The notes: generated by a model from the sequence alone, not told the origin. A stretch of DNA of 32,000 bases from Pyrobaculum aerophilum str. IM2 (GCF_000007225.1 NC_003364.1:2040001-2072000), one strand, 5' to 3'; shown: positions 8,133 through 18,000, numbered from the stretch's first letter. Numbers and translations are program-made.

Positions 8133-9587
8133 CTATAAATAGCCGTATTCCTTGAAAAGCCTCTCCATCGCGAACTTCTCTCTAAAGGTCAGATAAGCGT
8201 TAAACGCCACATCCCAATACCGCCCGCTGGCATAGGCGTCTAAGGCCTCTTCTACCTTACGCCTAAACTCCCTGTACTCTCTCTCGTCGATTTCCGCGCT
8301 GTCTAAGGGCAGTAGTCTATCTCTGTCCTCGCCGAATAGCCAGCCGTTTTGCCCGTCTACAACCGCCTCTACAACTGCGCCGTCTCTAGAAGCCACTGAC
8401 GGCACGCCGTTAATTCCAGCTTTCATGAAAGAAGTGCCGCTTGCCTCCCAGCCGCTAAAGGGGGTGAACAGCCATATGTCAGTAGCCCATATGATTTTTT
8501 TCATCGTCTCCACGTCGAGGTGGGGGAAGTAGTAAACGTTTTCCATATTCTCCGCCGCGTTTTTAAATTTCCCCATCATCTCCACGCCGTAGTGATCGGC
8601 GGGGTGCGCCCGCCCTCCGAGGATAAACACGGTATCTCTGTTCACGTCTTCTATTAACTGAAGCGCGAAATGCGGCCTCTTGTAGCGGGTAATTCTCCTC
8701 GCCCACGATATAACTACCTTCCCCCTAGCCTCTATTCCCAAAGCCGCCAAGGCCTCTTCCCTCACTTGAAGCCTCGCCTTCTTTAAGTCGTCAGCGCTTT
8801 TTACGCCCTCAAGCTTGGGGTGGGCCCACCGTGGTATTTCAACGGCGTTAGTCACAGGCGTAATTTTATGGCAGTGGTGGGGGAAGGTGTTGCACGCTAG
8901 TTTCACCATTTTCTTAGAAACGACAATCCCCCTAGACGCCATAGCGAGGCCTAGCTCTGTTAAAACGACGGGCTCCATTGCTAAGTCAAAGCCAAATTCG
9001 TCTTTGAAAAACCTCTTGTGGAATGTGGGGTGTCCCCAGGGGGCGGGGGTGTGTATTACAACTCTGGCATTTTCATGTCTTTTGAGAAACAAGGCCAATA
9101 CGGTGTACGCCTCTTGTAAGTCGAAAAATTTAACCTTTTCCCACCCCACGAACTTCTCCACGTAGTCCACAGCCGCTTTAGCTAAAATTACGTATTTGTA
9201 AAAACGCTCCGCCTCGGTGTCCTCTTGATAAAGCCTTCTAGTCGCCTTGACGGCCCACTCGGGGGACTCCACCTTGACAAATACAGCAGTTGCCGTGCCA
9301 GCTCTGTACACGTAGTAAGATACCACAACTCTCTCCCCTCTCGCGGCCAGCTCTGAGGTTCCGATTTTTGTTAAGTTGTCAAGTGTATTCCCCTCGGCCG
9401 CCGGTACCAGCTCTCCATTTTCCTCGCGGTATGACACGTAGCCGTCTGGGTAGAACAGAGTAATCACCGTATACGGCACGCCTAAGCGCGCCGCGGCGTA
9501 GAATTTGTCCCCCTCTAACACGCCTAAGCCGCCCGCAAAGTTCTTTACCACATCTATGGCGAGTTCCGGCGTAATGGATACTATCAC
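8133..9587 (-). CDS. glgP: short-form alpha-glucan (glycogen/maltodextrin) phosphorylase, GT35-like
   Basis: N-terminal FAGGLGVLEGDKF resembles the GGLG.LAGD motif. C-terminal WEASGTSFMKAGINGV matches the PLP-lysine motif EASGT(G/S)xMK...NG of GT35. At 484 aa it is much shorter than classical phosphorylases. Confidence 0.75.
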   Translation of the reverse strand: MIVSITPELAIDVVKNFAGGLGVLEGDKFYAAARLGVPYTVITLFYPDGYVSYREENGELVPAAEGNTLDNLTKIGTSELAARGERVVVSYYVYRAGTATAVFVKVESPEWAVKATRRLYQEDTEAERFYKYVILAKAAVDYVEKFVGWEKVKFFDLQEAYTVLALFLKRHENARVVIHTPAPWGHPTFHKRFFKDEFGFDLAMEPVVLTELGLAMASRGIVVSKKMVKLACNTFPHHCHKITPVTNAVEIPRWAHPKLEGVKSADDLKKARLQVREEALAALGIEARGKVVISWARRITRYKRPHFALQLIEDVNRDTVFILGGRAHPADHYGVEMMGKFKNAAENMENVYYFPHLDVETMKKIIWATDIWLFTPFSGWEASGTSFMKAGINGVPSVASRDGAVVEAVVDGQNGWLFGEDRDRLLPLDSAEIDEREYREFRRKVEEALDAYASGRYWDVAFNAYLTFREKFAMERLFKEYGYL

Positions 9588-9659
9588 GAGGCGACTCGGA
9601 GAGCTCCCTTTTTAAACGTTAACGCGAATGAATTTAATTGACTCTGAATTATTATAATT

Positions 9660-10970
9660 GTGAATCAACAATTTATAAATCGCGAACGGGAGCTCGCCTG
9701 GCTGGAAGAGCTGTATAAAAAGCCGGGGGCGCAACTAGTCGTCATATACGGCAGGCGGCGGATAGGCGAGACGGAGCTTTAAAAAATTCGCCGAGGGTAA
9801 AAAGGCCGTTTATTTCTACTGCGAGAGGTTTAGCTGATAATTTATCTAGGCTAGCCGCGGCTTTTGCCGACGGCCTCGGAATTGATTACCTCAGAGAAAT
9901 TAGTTTTACAGACTGGGAGCCCTTATTTAAAGCGTTAGCGCCTTATTTGAAGGGGAGGGTTGTGGTGATCTTTGACGAATTTCCCTATTTGTTAGACGTA
10001 GATCCAGCCGTTGCTTCTAAGGGATGAGTTGTTATCAAAAACAGAAGTCTTTTTAGTACTCTGCGGCTCTAGCGTGGCCGTAATGGAAGGCGAAATTCTG
10101 AGCTACAAGTCGCCATTATACGGCAGGAGGACGGGGTCGTGGGAAGTGGGGGAGATGCCTCTTCACAGCATTAAACACTTCTACCCACGCCCCTTTGAGG
10201 AGGTGTTGATGTTATACGCAGTTGTTGGAGGCGTTCCCCTCTATCTCAAAAAGTTTAATCCCAATAAGCCTTTTCTTGATAACTTAAAGGCGGAATTCTT
10301 CACGAAAGGAGGGTTTCTTTACGACGAGGCGGAATTCCTCTTGAGGCAAGAGCTCAGAGAGCCGAGTAATTACATGTTGATACTCCGGGCTATTGCAGAC
10401 GGCAGGAGGAAGCTGGGGGAAATCGCCAACGAGACTGGTCTGGACAAGGCGGCAGTGTCGCGGTACTTAGCCACGTTAGAGCTTTTAGACCTAGTCTCAT
10501 ACGAGTTGCCAGTCTTAGAGCCGCCGAAGGCGCGGAAGAGGCTTTACTACATTTCCGATAATTATATGGCATTTTTAAATTCGTATACCCCCACAAGTCG
10601 CTTGTAGAACAAGGCCTCGGGGAGCGCGCAGTTGTAGAGACGTGGAGACGCTTCGGGGATTATATGTCGTTTGTGTTTGAAAGAGTTGTTGCAAAAGTCG
10701 TCCAGGCAATGTACCCAAGTTACAAGGTGGGCAGACAGTGGGGCAAGAGAGGAGGACAAGCCTATGACATTGACGTCTTGGCTATACGTTGAGGCCAAGT
10801 GGTCAGATAATGTCAACTGCGGCGGGGAAAAGGAAAGGCTTAAAGAAAAGACTCTGGCGGAGGCGGAGCCCGAGGCCTTTTATATTTTTGCCAAATCTTT
10901 TAATAAGAAGGAAGAGGGGTGTTTCGACTTGGCGGATTTAGAGAGATTAATAGAGCTCTACAAGCTTTAA
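9660..10970 (+). pseudogene. decayed archaeal ATPase (Arch_ATPase/AAA + DUF234 family)
   Basis: Family-typical sequence is recoverable only by hopping between frames. The pieces are: VNQQFINRERELAWLEELYKKPGAQLVVIYGRRRIGETEL* (Walker A Lys replaced by Glu, stop at 9780-9782), KKFAEGKKAVYFYCERFS*, DNLSRLAAAFADGLGIDYLREISFTDWEPLFKALAPYLKGRVVVIFDEFPYLLDVDPAVASKG*, the 198-aa track ORF 10011-10607, FFKFVYPHKSL...GQAYDIDVLAIR*, and VEAKWSDN...ELYKL*. Confidence 0.85.
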
Positions 10971-11209
10971 TTCATTGCTTTGCACAATGTCAACGTTGCG
11001 GAAATGCGTGCGTCTCCTTAACTCTGGCCCGCGAATAATCTGGCGAGAAAGGCGCTCCGTCGCTGATGACCAAACGCAGACGGCAGAGGGTATGCGCCCA
11101 AGTGGTTGAAATAATGTGAAATGTTAATTCTGCGCTCAGGTTACTGGCGAAGGTGAAGCCATTATAGATGACGCCACGTCCAGTGCGAAACCGACCGCCT
11201 TATCTATTC

Positions 11210-13039
11210 CTAATCTCTCAATTCCACGTACCTTTCCAAGACGGGCGCCACGTACTCCAAGCCGAGGCGTTTTAACGTGCTCCTCCTCGGGATCCCCCTT
11301 TCGTCCCACCCCCTTAAGTCGTAGTAGTGGCTGAGCAATTCGTGGTACTTGTCGTAATCTAGATGCGCCCCCCTCAAAGGACCCTTACTCAAGGGTTCTT
11401 TAAACCACTTTGCAGGAGGCATGTCCAGCTCCCTGTCCCAGTAGCCGAGCTCTCTGGCCCAAAAGGCTCTTATAAGGGCGTATATCCTGTCGCCAACTTC
11501 GTTGAAATAATCCGGCGTGGCGTCTAGTCCGGTGGCCGTCTTGAAAAGCTTGGGGTACCAGTCGAGGGACAGCCCGACTTCTACCCAGGGGAATCTACAG
11601 CCGACAAAAGTCTCAAACCACCCGCCTCTAATTCTCTGAAGTTCAATTACCTTACTGGCCTTCTCCCTCGTGTAGCCAAAGCGGTCTGTCCTGACCTCCC
11701 AGGATATAACCCATGCGTCTTTGTGGTGGGCGCCGATGGGCGAGGTGGCATAGGCAAGCGCCATGGCGGGGGCTGCGTGGCAGTCGTACGCGCTTACTTC
11801 AAGCCCTTTTATGTGCATTGCGAAATCCTCCCCTCCTATCCGCTCCGAAATTCTCTTGACGCCCTCGGCCAGCAAGTCCCCAACGCCTCTTCTATACGCA
11901 ATGTCGTAGGCCAGCTGTTTAGCGGCTTCGTAGTCCCCCCACTCCACGACGAATCCCAGCCTATCGCCAAAACCCCTCTCCGACGCCTCCATTACATATC
12001 CCAGGACGTTGCCCAAGGAGATAGTGTCAATGCCCATTGTGTCAGCTATTTTATTTAATTCGCCGACTTTTGAGAGGTCGGCAATGCCCAAATTTGAGCC
12101 GAGCATTGCCAAGTTTTCATAATCGACCTCCACAGTCCCCGACTCCGCGGGAACCCAGTGTCCGCAGGCCATAAAACACAGAGGACACGACTTCAAGTCG
12201 GTTTCAAACTTCTCCACCATATTCCCGCCAATTTTGAAAAAATCCTCAAACTGCCCCTCGGAGAAATTATAAGTGGGGAGCACGCTGGCCTCTTGCGCCC
12301 ACTCCACAGTGGAGGTGGTGCCTTGCCGCATCCAGAAGCCGTAGCTGGGGCTAGCAGACCCTTCTCTCACCGCTTCAACAGCTAATTTCTGGTAACCCGC
12401 CTTATCCGCTACGGGTACCTCTCCCTTGCCCTTGACTACAACCGCCTTTAAGTTCTTAGAGCCCATGACGGCGCCCATCCCCGGCCTCCCGCCAGAGCGT
12501 CCCTTGTGCGAGATAACAGTGGCAAAGCGCACGAGGTTTTCCCCTGCGGGGCCTATGGTTATAACCGTGGCGTCTCTGCCGTGTACCTTTTGCAACTTCT
12601 CCTCCACAGCCCAGGCGTTGAGGCCCCAGTAATCCCTCGCATCAAGGATTTCAACCTTATCGTTTTCAATGTATATGTATACGGGCTTCTCCGCCTTCCC
12701 CTCTACAACTAATGCATCATAACCTGCCTTTCTTAAATTGACTGCGGTCCAGCTACCGATATTGCCATCGCCGTAACCCCCGGTGAGCGGGCTCTTCGCG
12801 GCTACTACCAATTTGCCGAAATTAGGCCCTGGCAGGCCTGTGAGAGGACCTGTGGCGAAGACGAGTTTGTTATGGGGCGACAGGGGATCCACGCCTGGAG
12901 GAAGCTCGTCCCATAAGATCTTTATTGCGAGCCCCCTGCCCCCAATAAAGGCCCTAGCCACCGTTGCGTCTAACTGTTGAACGACGGCTTTTTTCCTCGT
13001 GAGGTCAATCCGCAAGACTCTGCCCTGCCAACCAGCCAT
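11210..13039 (-). CDS. aor: tungsten-containing aldehyde:ferredoxin oxidoreductase family protein
   Basis: MAGWQGRVLRIDLT... is the typical AOR N-terminus, and the protein has an Fe-S Cys cluster (CPLCFMACGHW) and the expected family length. I chose ATG 13039 (Met18 of the track ORF) because of the homologous N-terminus and a TATA box 18-30 nt upstream. Confidence 0.9.
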   Translation of the reverse strand: MAGWQGRVLRIDLTRKKAVVQQLDATVARAFIGGRGLAIKILWDELPPGVDPLSPHNKLVFATGPLTGLPGPNFGKLVVAAKSPLTGGYGDGNIGSWTAVNLRKAGYDALVVEGKAEKPVYIYIENDKVEILDARDYWGLNAWAVEEKLQKVHGRDATVITIGPAGENLVRFATVISHKGRSGGRPGMGAVMGSKNLKAVVVKGKGEVPVADKAGYQKLAVEAVREGSASPSYGFWMRQGTTSTVEWAQEASVLPTYNFSEGQFEDFFKIGGNMVEKFETDLKSCPLCFMACGHWVPAESGTVEVDYENLAMLGSNLGIADLSKVGELNKIADTMGIDTISLGNVLGYVMEASERGFGDRLGFVVEWGDYEAAKQLAYDIAYRRGVGDLLAEGVKRISERIGGEDFAMHIKGLEVSAYDCHAAPAMALAYATSPIGAHHKDAWVISWEVRTDRFGYTREKASKVIELQRIRGGWFETFVGCRFPWVEVGLSLDWYPKLFKTATGLDATPDYFNEVGDRIYALIRAFWARELGYWDRELDMPPAKWFKEPLSKGPLRGAHLDYDKYHELLSHYYDLRGWDERGIPRRSTLKRLGLEYVAPVLERYVELRD

Positions 13040-13056
13040 AGGGCTATATAATCCCA

Positions 13057-13069
13057 TATTTAATAAATA
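13057..13069 (-). promoter_or_regulatory. TATA box for aor
   Basis: Minus strand TATTTATTAAATA lies 18-30 nt upstream of ATG 13039. Confidence 0.5.
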
Positions 13070-13103
13070 TGCCTGCGAGCAATTCAGCATAACAAAACGT
13101 TAA

Positions 13104-13113
13104 TTTTTTATAA
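13104..13113 (+). promoter_or_regulatory. TATA box for the GH57-glgA operon
   Basis: TTTTTTATAA lies 19-28 nt upstream of GTG 13132, back-to-back with the aor promoter. Confidence 0.5.
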
Positions 13114-13131
13114 TGGCGGACGTAACGTGGC

Positions 13132-14505
13132 GTGGAAGTTGTATTCTTCTTCGAAGTCCACCAACCTCGGCGCCTTAGGCCGGATTTATACCGCGTATTT
13201 CCCCGCAGGCCTGGAGATCTCGACGTCTTCTATGACGAATTAAACGAGCATATTTTTCGCAGAGTGGCTGAGAGGGTTTACCGCAAGGCGACTAGAATAA
13301 TTCTCGACGTAGCTCGCGAAGTGCCGGGGCTGAGGGTGACGTATAGCGTTAGTGGTCTGGCGCTGGAGCAATTCCGCAAGTGGGCGCCTGACGTTTTAGA
13401 ACTCTTTAGGGAATTAGTTGCGAGGGAAGTCGCCGAATTTGTGGCACAGACATACTACCACAGCCTCGCCTGGTTTGTCGACAAGGGGGAGTTCAGAGAG
13501 CAAGTGGAGATGCAGGCAAAGGCAGTGGAGGAGCTTATAGGCTACAAAGCCCGCGCGGCGGAGAACACGGAGTTTATTTACAACAACGACGTGGCGTGCT
13601 ACCTATACTCCCTAGGCTTTTCAACTGTCGTCACAGAGGGCGTGGACTGGGTATTAGGGTGGCGCTCGCCAAATTACGTCTACAAGGCGTGGGGGTGCGA
13701 CGCCAAGGTATTGGTCAGGAATTACAGGCTCAGCGACGACATAGGTTTTAGATTTGGCGCAAGGTGGTGGGATCAATGGCCCCTCACTGCTGATAAATAC
13801 GCAACGTGGCTTGAAGCAACGCCGGGCGACGTGGTTTTAATTGCCGTTGACTACGAGACGTTTGGCGAGCACCACTGGCCAGAAAGCGGCATATACGATT
13901 TTTTAAAGTGGCTTCCGAGGGAAATAGCCAAACGACCCCGGCTGTCTTTTGCCACAGTGTCGGAGGCCGCCTCTAAACACGCGCCTAGGGATATATATGA
14001 CGTGCCGCCCTGGGCGACAATTAGCTGGGCAGATGAACGGGACTTATCCGCGTGGCTGGGGAATGAGCTTCAGCGCAATGCCTTTACGCTGTTAAAATGG
14101 CTGTATCCATACGCGCGGGCGGTGGGCGAGGAGGCGTTGAGGCTATGGCGAGAGCTCTCCACAAGCGACCACTTTTACTACCAGGCCACTAAGTCAGGCC
14201 CCGCGGGAGAGGTACACTCCTATTTCAGCCCCTACGGATCTGCGCACAAAGCCCACGACATTTATATGGCGGCTTTGACGTCTCTACTAGTCTTAATAAG
14301 AGAGTCTTGGAGTCTAGAAGCGGCTGAGAGGCTTGTTTTAGACGACGAGAGATGTTTCTACGGCCAGGGTATAAGGATATGTTCTATAAGAGAGTTGAGA
14401 CGATTAGGGAAAGACGTTAAGGAAAAGTATAGAGGGGATTTAATACGCTGGCTAGTAAACGTCTTTATGATCAGCGTAGAGGAGGCCTTACGCCTTTTAG
14501 GCTGA
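13132..14505 (+). CDS. glycoside hydrolase family 57 enzyme (alpha-amylase/alpha-glucan-active)
   Basis: GH57 signature regions are present: FEVHQP, ...AENTEF..., VDYETFGEHHW and TSDHFYYQ. GTG start. The stop is 1 nt before the glgA ATG. Confidence 0.85.
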   Translation: MEVVFFFEVHQPRRLRPDLYRVFPRRPGDLDVFYDELNEHIFRRVAERVYRKATRIILDVAREVPGLRVTYSVSGLALEQFRKWAPDVLELFRELVAREVAEFVAQTYYHSLAWFVDKGEFREQVEMQAKAVEELIGYKARAAENTEFIYNNDVACYLYSLGFSTVVTEGVDWVLGWRSPNYVYKAWGCDAKVLVRNYRLSDDIGFRFGARWWDQWPLTADKYATWLEATPGDVVLIAVDYETFGEHHWPESGIYDFLKWLPREIAKRPRLSFATVSEAASKHAPRDIYDVPPWATISWADERDLSAWLGNELQRNAFTLLKWLYPYARAVGEEALRLWRELSTSDHFYYQATKSGPAGEVHSYFSPYGSAHKAHDIYMAALTSLLVLIRESWSLEAAERLVLDDERCFYGQGIRICSIRELRRLGKDVKEKYRGDLIRWLVNVFMISVEEALRLLG

Positions 14506-14506
14506 T

Positions 14507-15958
14507 ATGTACGCGCCTGAACGTTTACGCCGAATTTACATAATTACGTTTGAGTACGGAGGGCTGGTTAAAGTAGGAGGCCTGGGAGAGGCGGTGAGAC
14601 AATACGCAGTTGGTCTAGCAAGCAGAGGCTATGACGTAACTGTGCTTATGCCCAGCCACGGGAGGCACTTAGATCCACATAGGGGCTTTGACTTATATCC
14701 TCTCGACTTCAAGGCATGTGGCAATAGGTTGGGTCAAGACGGGAGGGCATATCCCTACTGCATAGGCGCCGAGATTACATTTCAAAACGGTGTGAAGATT
14801 GTGATGTTCAAAGGGCTTGACTACGCCACTGGGCACGTCTTCGATCGCTGGGGTGTCTATGAGTACACAGAGGAAAAAGCCGCTTTGTTTGCGAGAGCTG
14901 TCGTGGCATTTGCCGAGAGATTTGGCCTGCCAGATCTCATACACATTAACGACTGGCCCACTGTACTAGCTGGCGTTGCCTTAAAAGACCTGGGCGAGAG
15001 GAGAGGTCTGGCGATCCCCACGCTCTTCACTATACACCTCTCGTGGGACTATTCCTTCCCATGGCACTACGCCGAGTGGTCCGGCCTGGCTAACAGACAA
15101 CATTTAGTGTGGAGGGTGTGTTGCCACCGTTTTGAACACTACAGCGCTGTGTGGGATGAGGGATGGGGGAGCGTGGAGAGATTCGGCGTAGTGGAAGCGG
15201 ATATCGTGTCGACCGTGAGCTACGGCTATTTGGAAGAACTGTTGAGAAAATACGGGGATTGGATTAGGGAGAAGTCCTGTGTTATATACAACTCTACTGA
15301 CTGGTCTATAACAGACGTCGAGGGAGTTACAGAGGCCGACACATGGCGCCTAGTGGAGGAAGTAGAGCGATTAGGCGTGGATGGGGGGCTGGACAAAAAC
15401 GGCGCGCTGTTTCTTGCAGTTGGGAGGGTGGCGTCTCAGAAGGGGTTTGATATTGCAATAAAAGCCCTTGACTACGCCCCGCACGCGCGGCTATTAATCC
15501 TCGGCATGCCGGCTGGGGAGAGGGGGTATGAAGAGTATATAAGGGGGCTTGTCTGGGAGAGGCGCGGTAAAGCCGCCCTTTCCATGGCGAAAATCCCGCC
15601 GAAACTTTACAAGGCGCTTCACTATGTCGCCAAGGCGTTAGTCATGCCGTCGAGGTGGGAGCCCTTTGGCATTTCGGCCATTGAAGCCATGGCACTTGGC
15701 ACGCCCGTCATAGCCACTAAGGTTGGGGGGCTGCCCGAGGTGATAGACGGCTACGGCGTTTTAGTAGAGCCAGAAAACCCGCAAGAGTTGGGCAGGGCCA
15801 TGGAGGGCATGGCCACGGGCGTTATCAAAGCGCCGCCGCGGGCACACATAGTGCAGTATGTAGACAACAAGTTCAGGCTTAGAAATACTGTAGAGATGTT
15901 AGAATACTGTTATGAAAAAGCGAGACAATTTGCGTACTTTAGAGCTATCACCCCTTAA
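14507..15958 (+). CDS. glgA: glycogen (starch) synthase, GT-B glycosyltransferase
   Basis: N-terminal ITFEYGGLVKVGGLGEAV matches the K-x-GGL motif, and the C-terminal half has the PSRWEPFGISAIEAMALGTPVIAT motif (E-x7-E type). Confidence 0.85.
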   Translation: MYAPERLRRIYIITFEYGGLVKVGGLGEAVRQYAVGLASRGYDVTVLMPSHGRHLDPHRGFDLYPLDFKACGNRLGQDGRAYPYCIGAEITFQNGVKIVMFKGLDYATGHVFDRWGVYEYTEEKAALFARAVVAFAERFGLPDLIHINDWPTVLAGVALKDLGERRGLAIPTLFTIHLSWDYSFPWHYAEWSGLANRQHLVWRVCCHRFEHYSAVWDEGWGSVERFGVVEADIVSTVSYGYLEELLRKYGDWIREKSCVIYNSTDWSITDVEGVTEADTWRLVEEVERLGVDGGLDKNGALFLAVGRVASQKGFDIAIKALDYAPHARLLILGMPAGERGYEEYIRGLVWERRGKAALSMAKIPPKLYKALHYVAKALVMPSRWEPFGISAIEAMALGTPVIATKVGGLPEVIDGYGVLVEPENPQELGRAMEGMATGVIKAPPRAHIVQYVDNKFRLRNTVEMLEYCYEKARQFAYFRAITP

Positions 15959-15987
15959 AAATTTTAATTTATGAGTTATTGATAAAC

Positions 15988-17211
15988 ATGGTAAGAATTG
16001 CTGTCATTCCCGTGGGAGGCGAGGCTGTGAGACTTAGGCCGCTCACAGTGGAAACCTCCAAGGCAATGATACGTTTTCTCAACAGGCCCCTAGTGGAGCT
16101 ATCTATTCTCCATCTGGCACGGCAGGGAATAGAGGAGTTTTACTTCGGCGTGAGGGGATATCACAACTACCGCGATATTTACGACTACTTCCGCGAGGGG
16201 TCTTGGTTTGCGGTCAAATACGGCGTGAACATTAAAATAAGATATATGCCTAGAGTAGAGACCCGCGGCAACGCAGAGGCGGTGTTGGCAACGCTGGAAT
16301 ATTACGACATTAACGAGCCAGTTTTAGTAATCCAGGGCGATAACATCTTTAACTTAGATGTGAAAGAGATGTATTCATTTCACAGCTCTAAAAAGGCCTT
16401 TATCACAATAGCTCTTAAAGAGGAGACAGGCGACTTAAGCGAATTCGGCGTTGCTGCAGTAGATGATAACATGCGTATATTAAAATTCGTAGAGAAGCCC
16501 AAGAGGAGAGAGGAGGCGCCCAGTAATTTAGTCAACACAGGCCTATATTTACTCTCTGAGGACTTTAAGTCGTTTTTCAAGGGAGAGCTAGGGGGTAAGC
16601 TATACTCCGAGGGAAGGCTGGACTTTGGGGGCGACGTCATCCCCGCCGTAATAGAGGCAGGCCTTCCGGTATATGGCTATCACACAAAGGGGTATTGGTT
16701 TGACGTGGGAACTCCCGAGCGCTACCTAAAGGCTGTTCAGTATTTATTAAGACATCTAACTGCGTATGAGCTTGAGGCAGAGGAGATAGCGCCCTCAGTC
16801 TTTGCACAGGGTAAAAGCGAGCAGTCAAAAGCCCTAAAGGAGAAGATCGCCGAGGCAATTAAAAACGGCCAAATAAAGGCTGAAGGGCGCCTACTATTAG
16901 GCAGGCACGTACAAATAGGGGATAACTCCTACTTGAGAGACACTGTGATTGACAACTACGTCATTATAGGGGACAACAGCGTAATCGAGGACTCCGTTGT
17001 AATGGACAGATCTTATATAGGACGTGGCGTTGTGATAAGGCGCTCAATAATAGGCCGCCATGTACAAATAGGCGACGGCGCAGTGATTGAAGACGCTGTA
17101 GTTGCCGACAATGTGATAGTAGGAGACGGAGCCCACCTGAGAAGGGTCAAGGTCTGGCCGCATAAAACAGTAGAGAGAGGGGTGAGGCTAGAGGGCTTCT
17201 CGCTTATATGA
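15988..17211 (+). CDS. sugar-1-phosphate nucleotidyltransferase (NDP-glucose pyrophosphorylase-like) with C-terminal left-handed beta-helix
   Basis: MVRIAVIPVGGEAVRLRPLT matches the G-x-G-x-R-L motif. The C-terminal hexapeptide repeats include two GRHVQIGD copies plus related I/V-G-D-x units (VIIGDN, VIVGDG). ATG 15988 is preferred over the upstream TTG 15979 of the track ORF. Confidence 0.85.
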   Translation: MVRIAVIPVGGEAVRLRPLTVETSKAMIRFLNRPLVELSILHLARQGIEEFYFGVRGYHNYRDIYDYFREGSWFAVKYGVNIKIRYMPRVETRGNAEAVLATLEYYDINEPVLVIQGDNIFNLDVKEMYSFHSSKKAFITIALKEETGDLSEFGVAAVDDNMRILKFVEKPKRREEAPSNLVNTGLYLLSEDFKSFFKGELGGKLYSEGRLDFGGDVIPAVIEAGLPVYGYHTKGYWFDVGTPERYLKAVQYLLRHLTAYELEAEEIAPSVFAQGKSEQSKALKEKIAEAIKNGQIKAEGRLLLGRHVQIGDNSYLRDTVIDNYVIIGDNSVIEDSVVMDRSYIGRGVVIRRSIIGRHVQIGDGAVIEDAVVADNVIVGDGAHLRRVKVWPHKTVERGVRLEGFSLI

Positions 17212-18000
17212 GCATTTGGCGATGTAATTTAAAATAGAGAGCACTATAAACACTGCCTCCTCTGTCCTAATGGTCTCGACGCCCTGCCCCGGGGCGAAGT
17301 TTATAAGCTCTCCGGGAGGCTCCAGCCCCGCCTCTCTGAATATCTCGTCAACGCCTTTACGCGGCCCGCCGAACACTACTAACGTCTTTTTCCCAATTTT
17401 TGGCTTGGCCTCGCAGATCGATTTGCCCTCCTTTCCAGTTAATATTACTGTGTCAAAGCCCTCGGATAGGTTTTGAAGAGGCCTTACGTCGATTTTATAT
17501 CCCCAGTAGTCCGGCGGCGCGCCTCTATAAACCGCCGCCCTGTAAGTGTCTGGCCTGGAGGTTGTCCCCTCAATTCTCACGAGCAGGCGAGTTCCAATGG
17601 GGTAGGGCTTTGGCACCTTGGCGTATTTCCCGCCGCCTATGTAAATAAGGGAGTAGTAACCATCCCACCTTTCCACAATTCCCTCGCGAATTTCGCCTAT
17701 GCGGGGCTCTACAGGCACTGTGTGACTGGGGATTTTAAGCGGGGGTAGCAAGCCGGCGAGCTTCAGCCTATTATCTATTTTGTATACCTTTTTTCGAAGA
17801 TACGGAGGCGTGACTAAATACTCAAGAACAGTCTTAGCGAAGTCTATGTCCTCTCTGCGGGGAGTGCCGTAGTGGTATATAATTATGTACTCAGCTTTAA
17901 AGATGGCTGCGGCCCTTGCCAAGTAGCCGAGTTTGCGGACTTTCCCAGCTTCGTCTGGGATCTCTGAAAGAAAGTCGTGAGGTATTGCGATTGAAAACAC
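17188..18000 (-). CDS. DUF171/SPOUT-class putative RNA methyltransferase (COG2106-like)
   Basis: The pattern SIAIP..L......KVRKLGYLARAAAIFKAEYIIIY, TPPYLRK, LLPPLKIPSH, a central OB-like insert and a C-terminal ...ETIRTEEAV resembles archaeal DUF171 proteins. GTG start directly abuts the stop of the small upstream ORF. Confidence 0.65.
   Translation of the reverse strand: MFSIAIPHDFLSEIPDEAGKVRKLGYLARAAAIFKAEYIIIYHYGTPRREDIDFAKTVLEYLVTPPYLRKKVYKIDNRLKLAGLLPPLKIPSHTVPVEPRIGEIREGIVERWDGYYSLIYIGGGKYAKVPKPYPIGTRLLVRIEGTTSRPDTYRAAVYRGAPPDYWGYKIDVRPLQNLSEGFDTVILTGKEGKSICEAKPKIGKKTLVVFGGPRKGVDEIFREAGLEPPGELINFAPGQGVETIRTEEAVFIVLSILNYIAKCSYKREAL

Noticed and set aside
11063-11111. C-box-like CTGATGA in the 239-bp gap between the ATPase pseudogene and aor.
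   Set aside because: There is no CTGA D box at the required distance of about 38 nt, and no acceptable C'/D' boxes on either strand.
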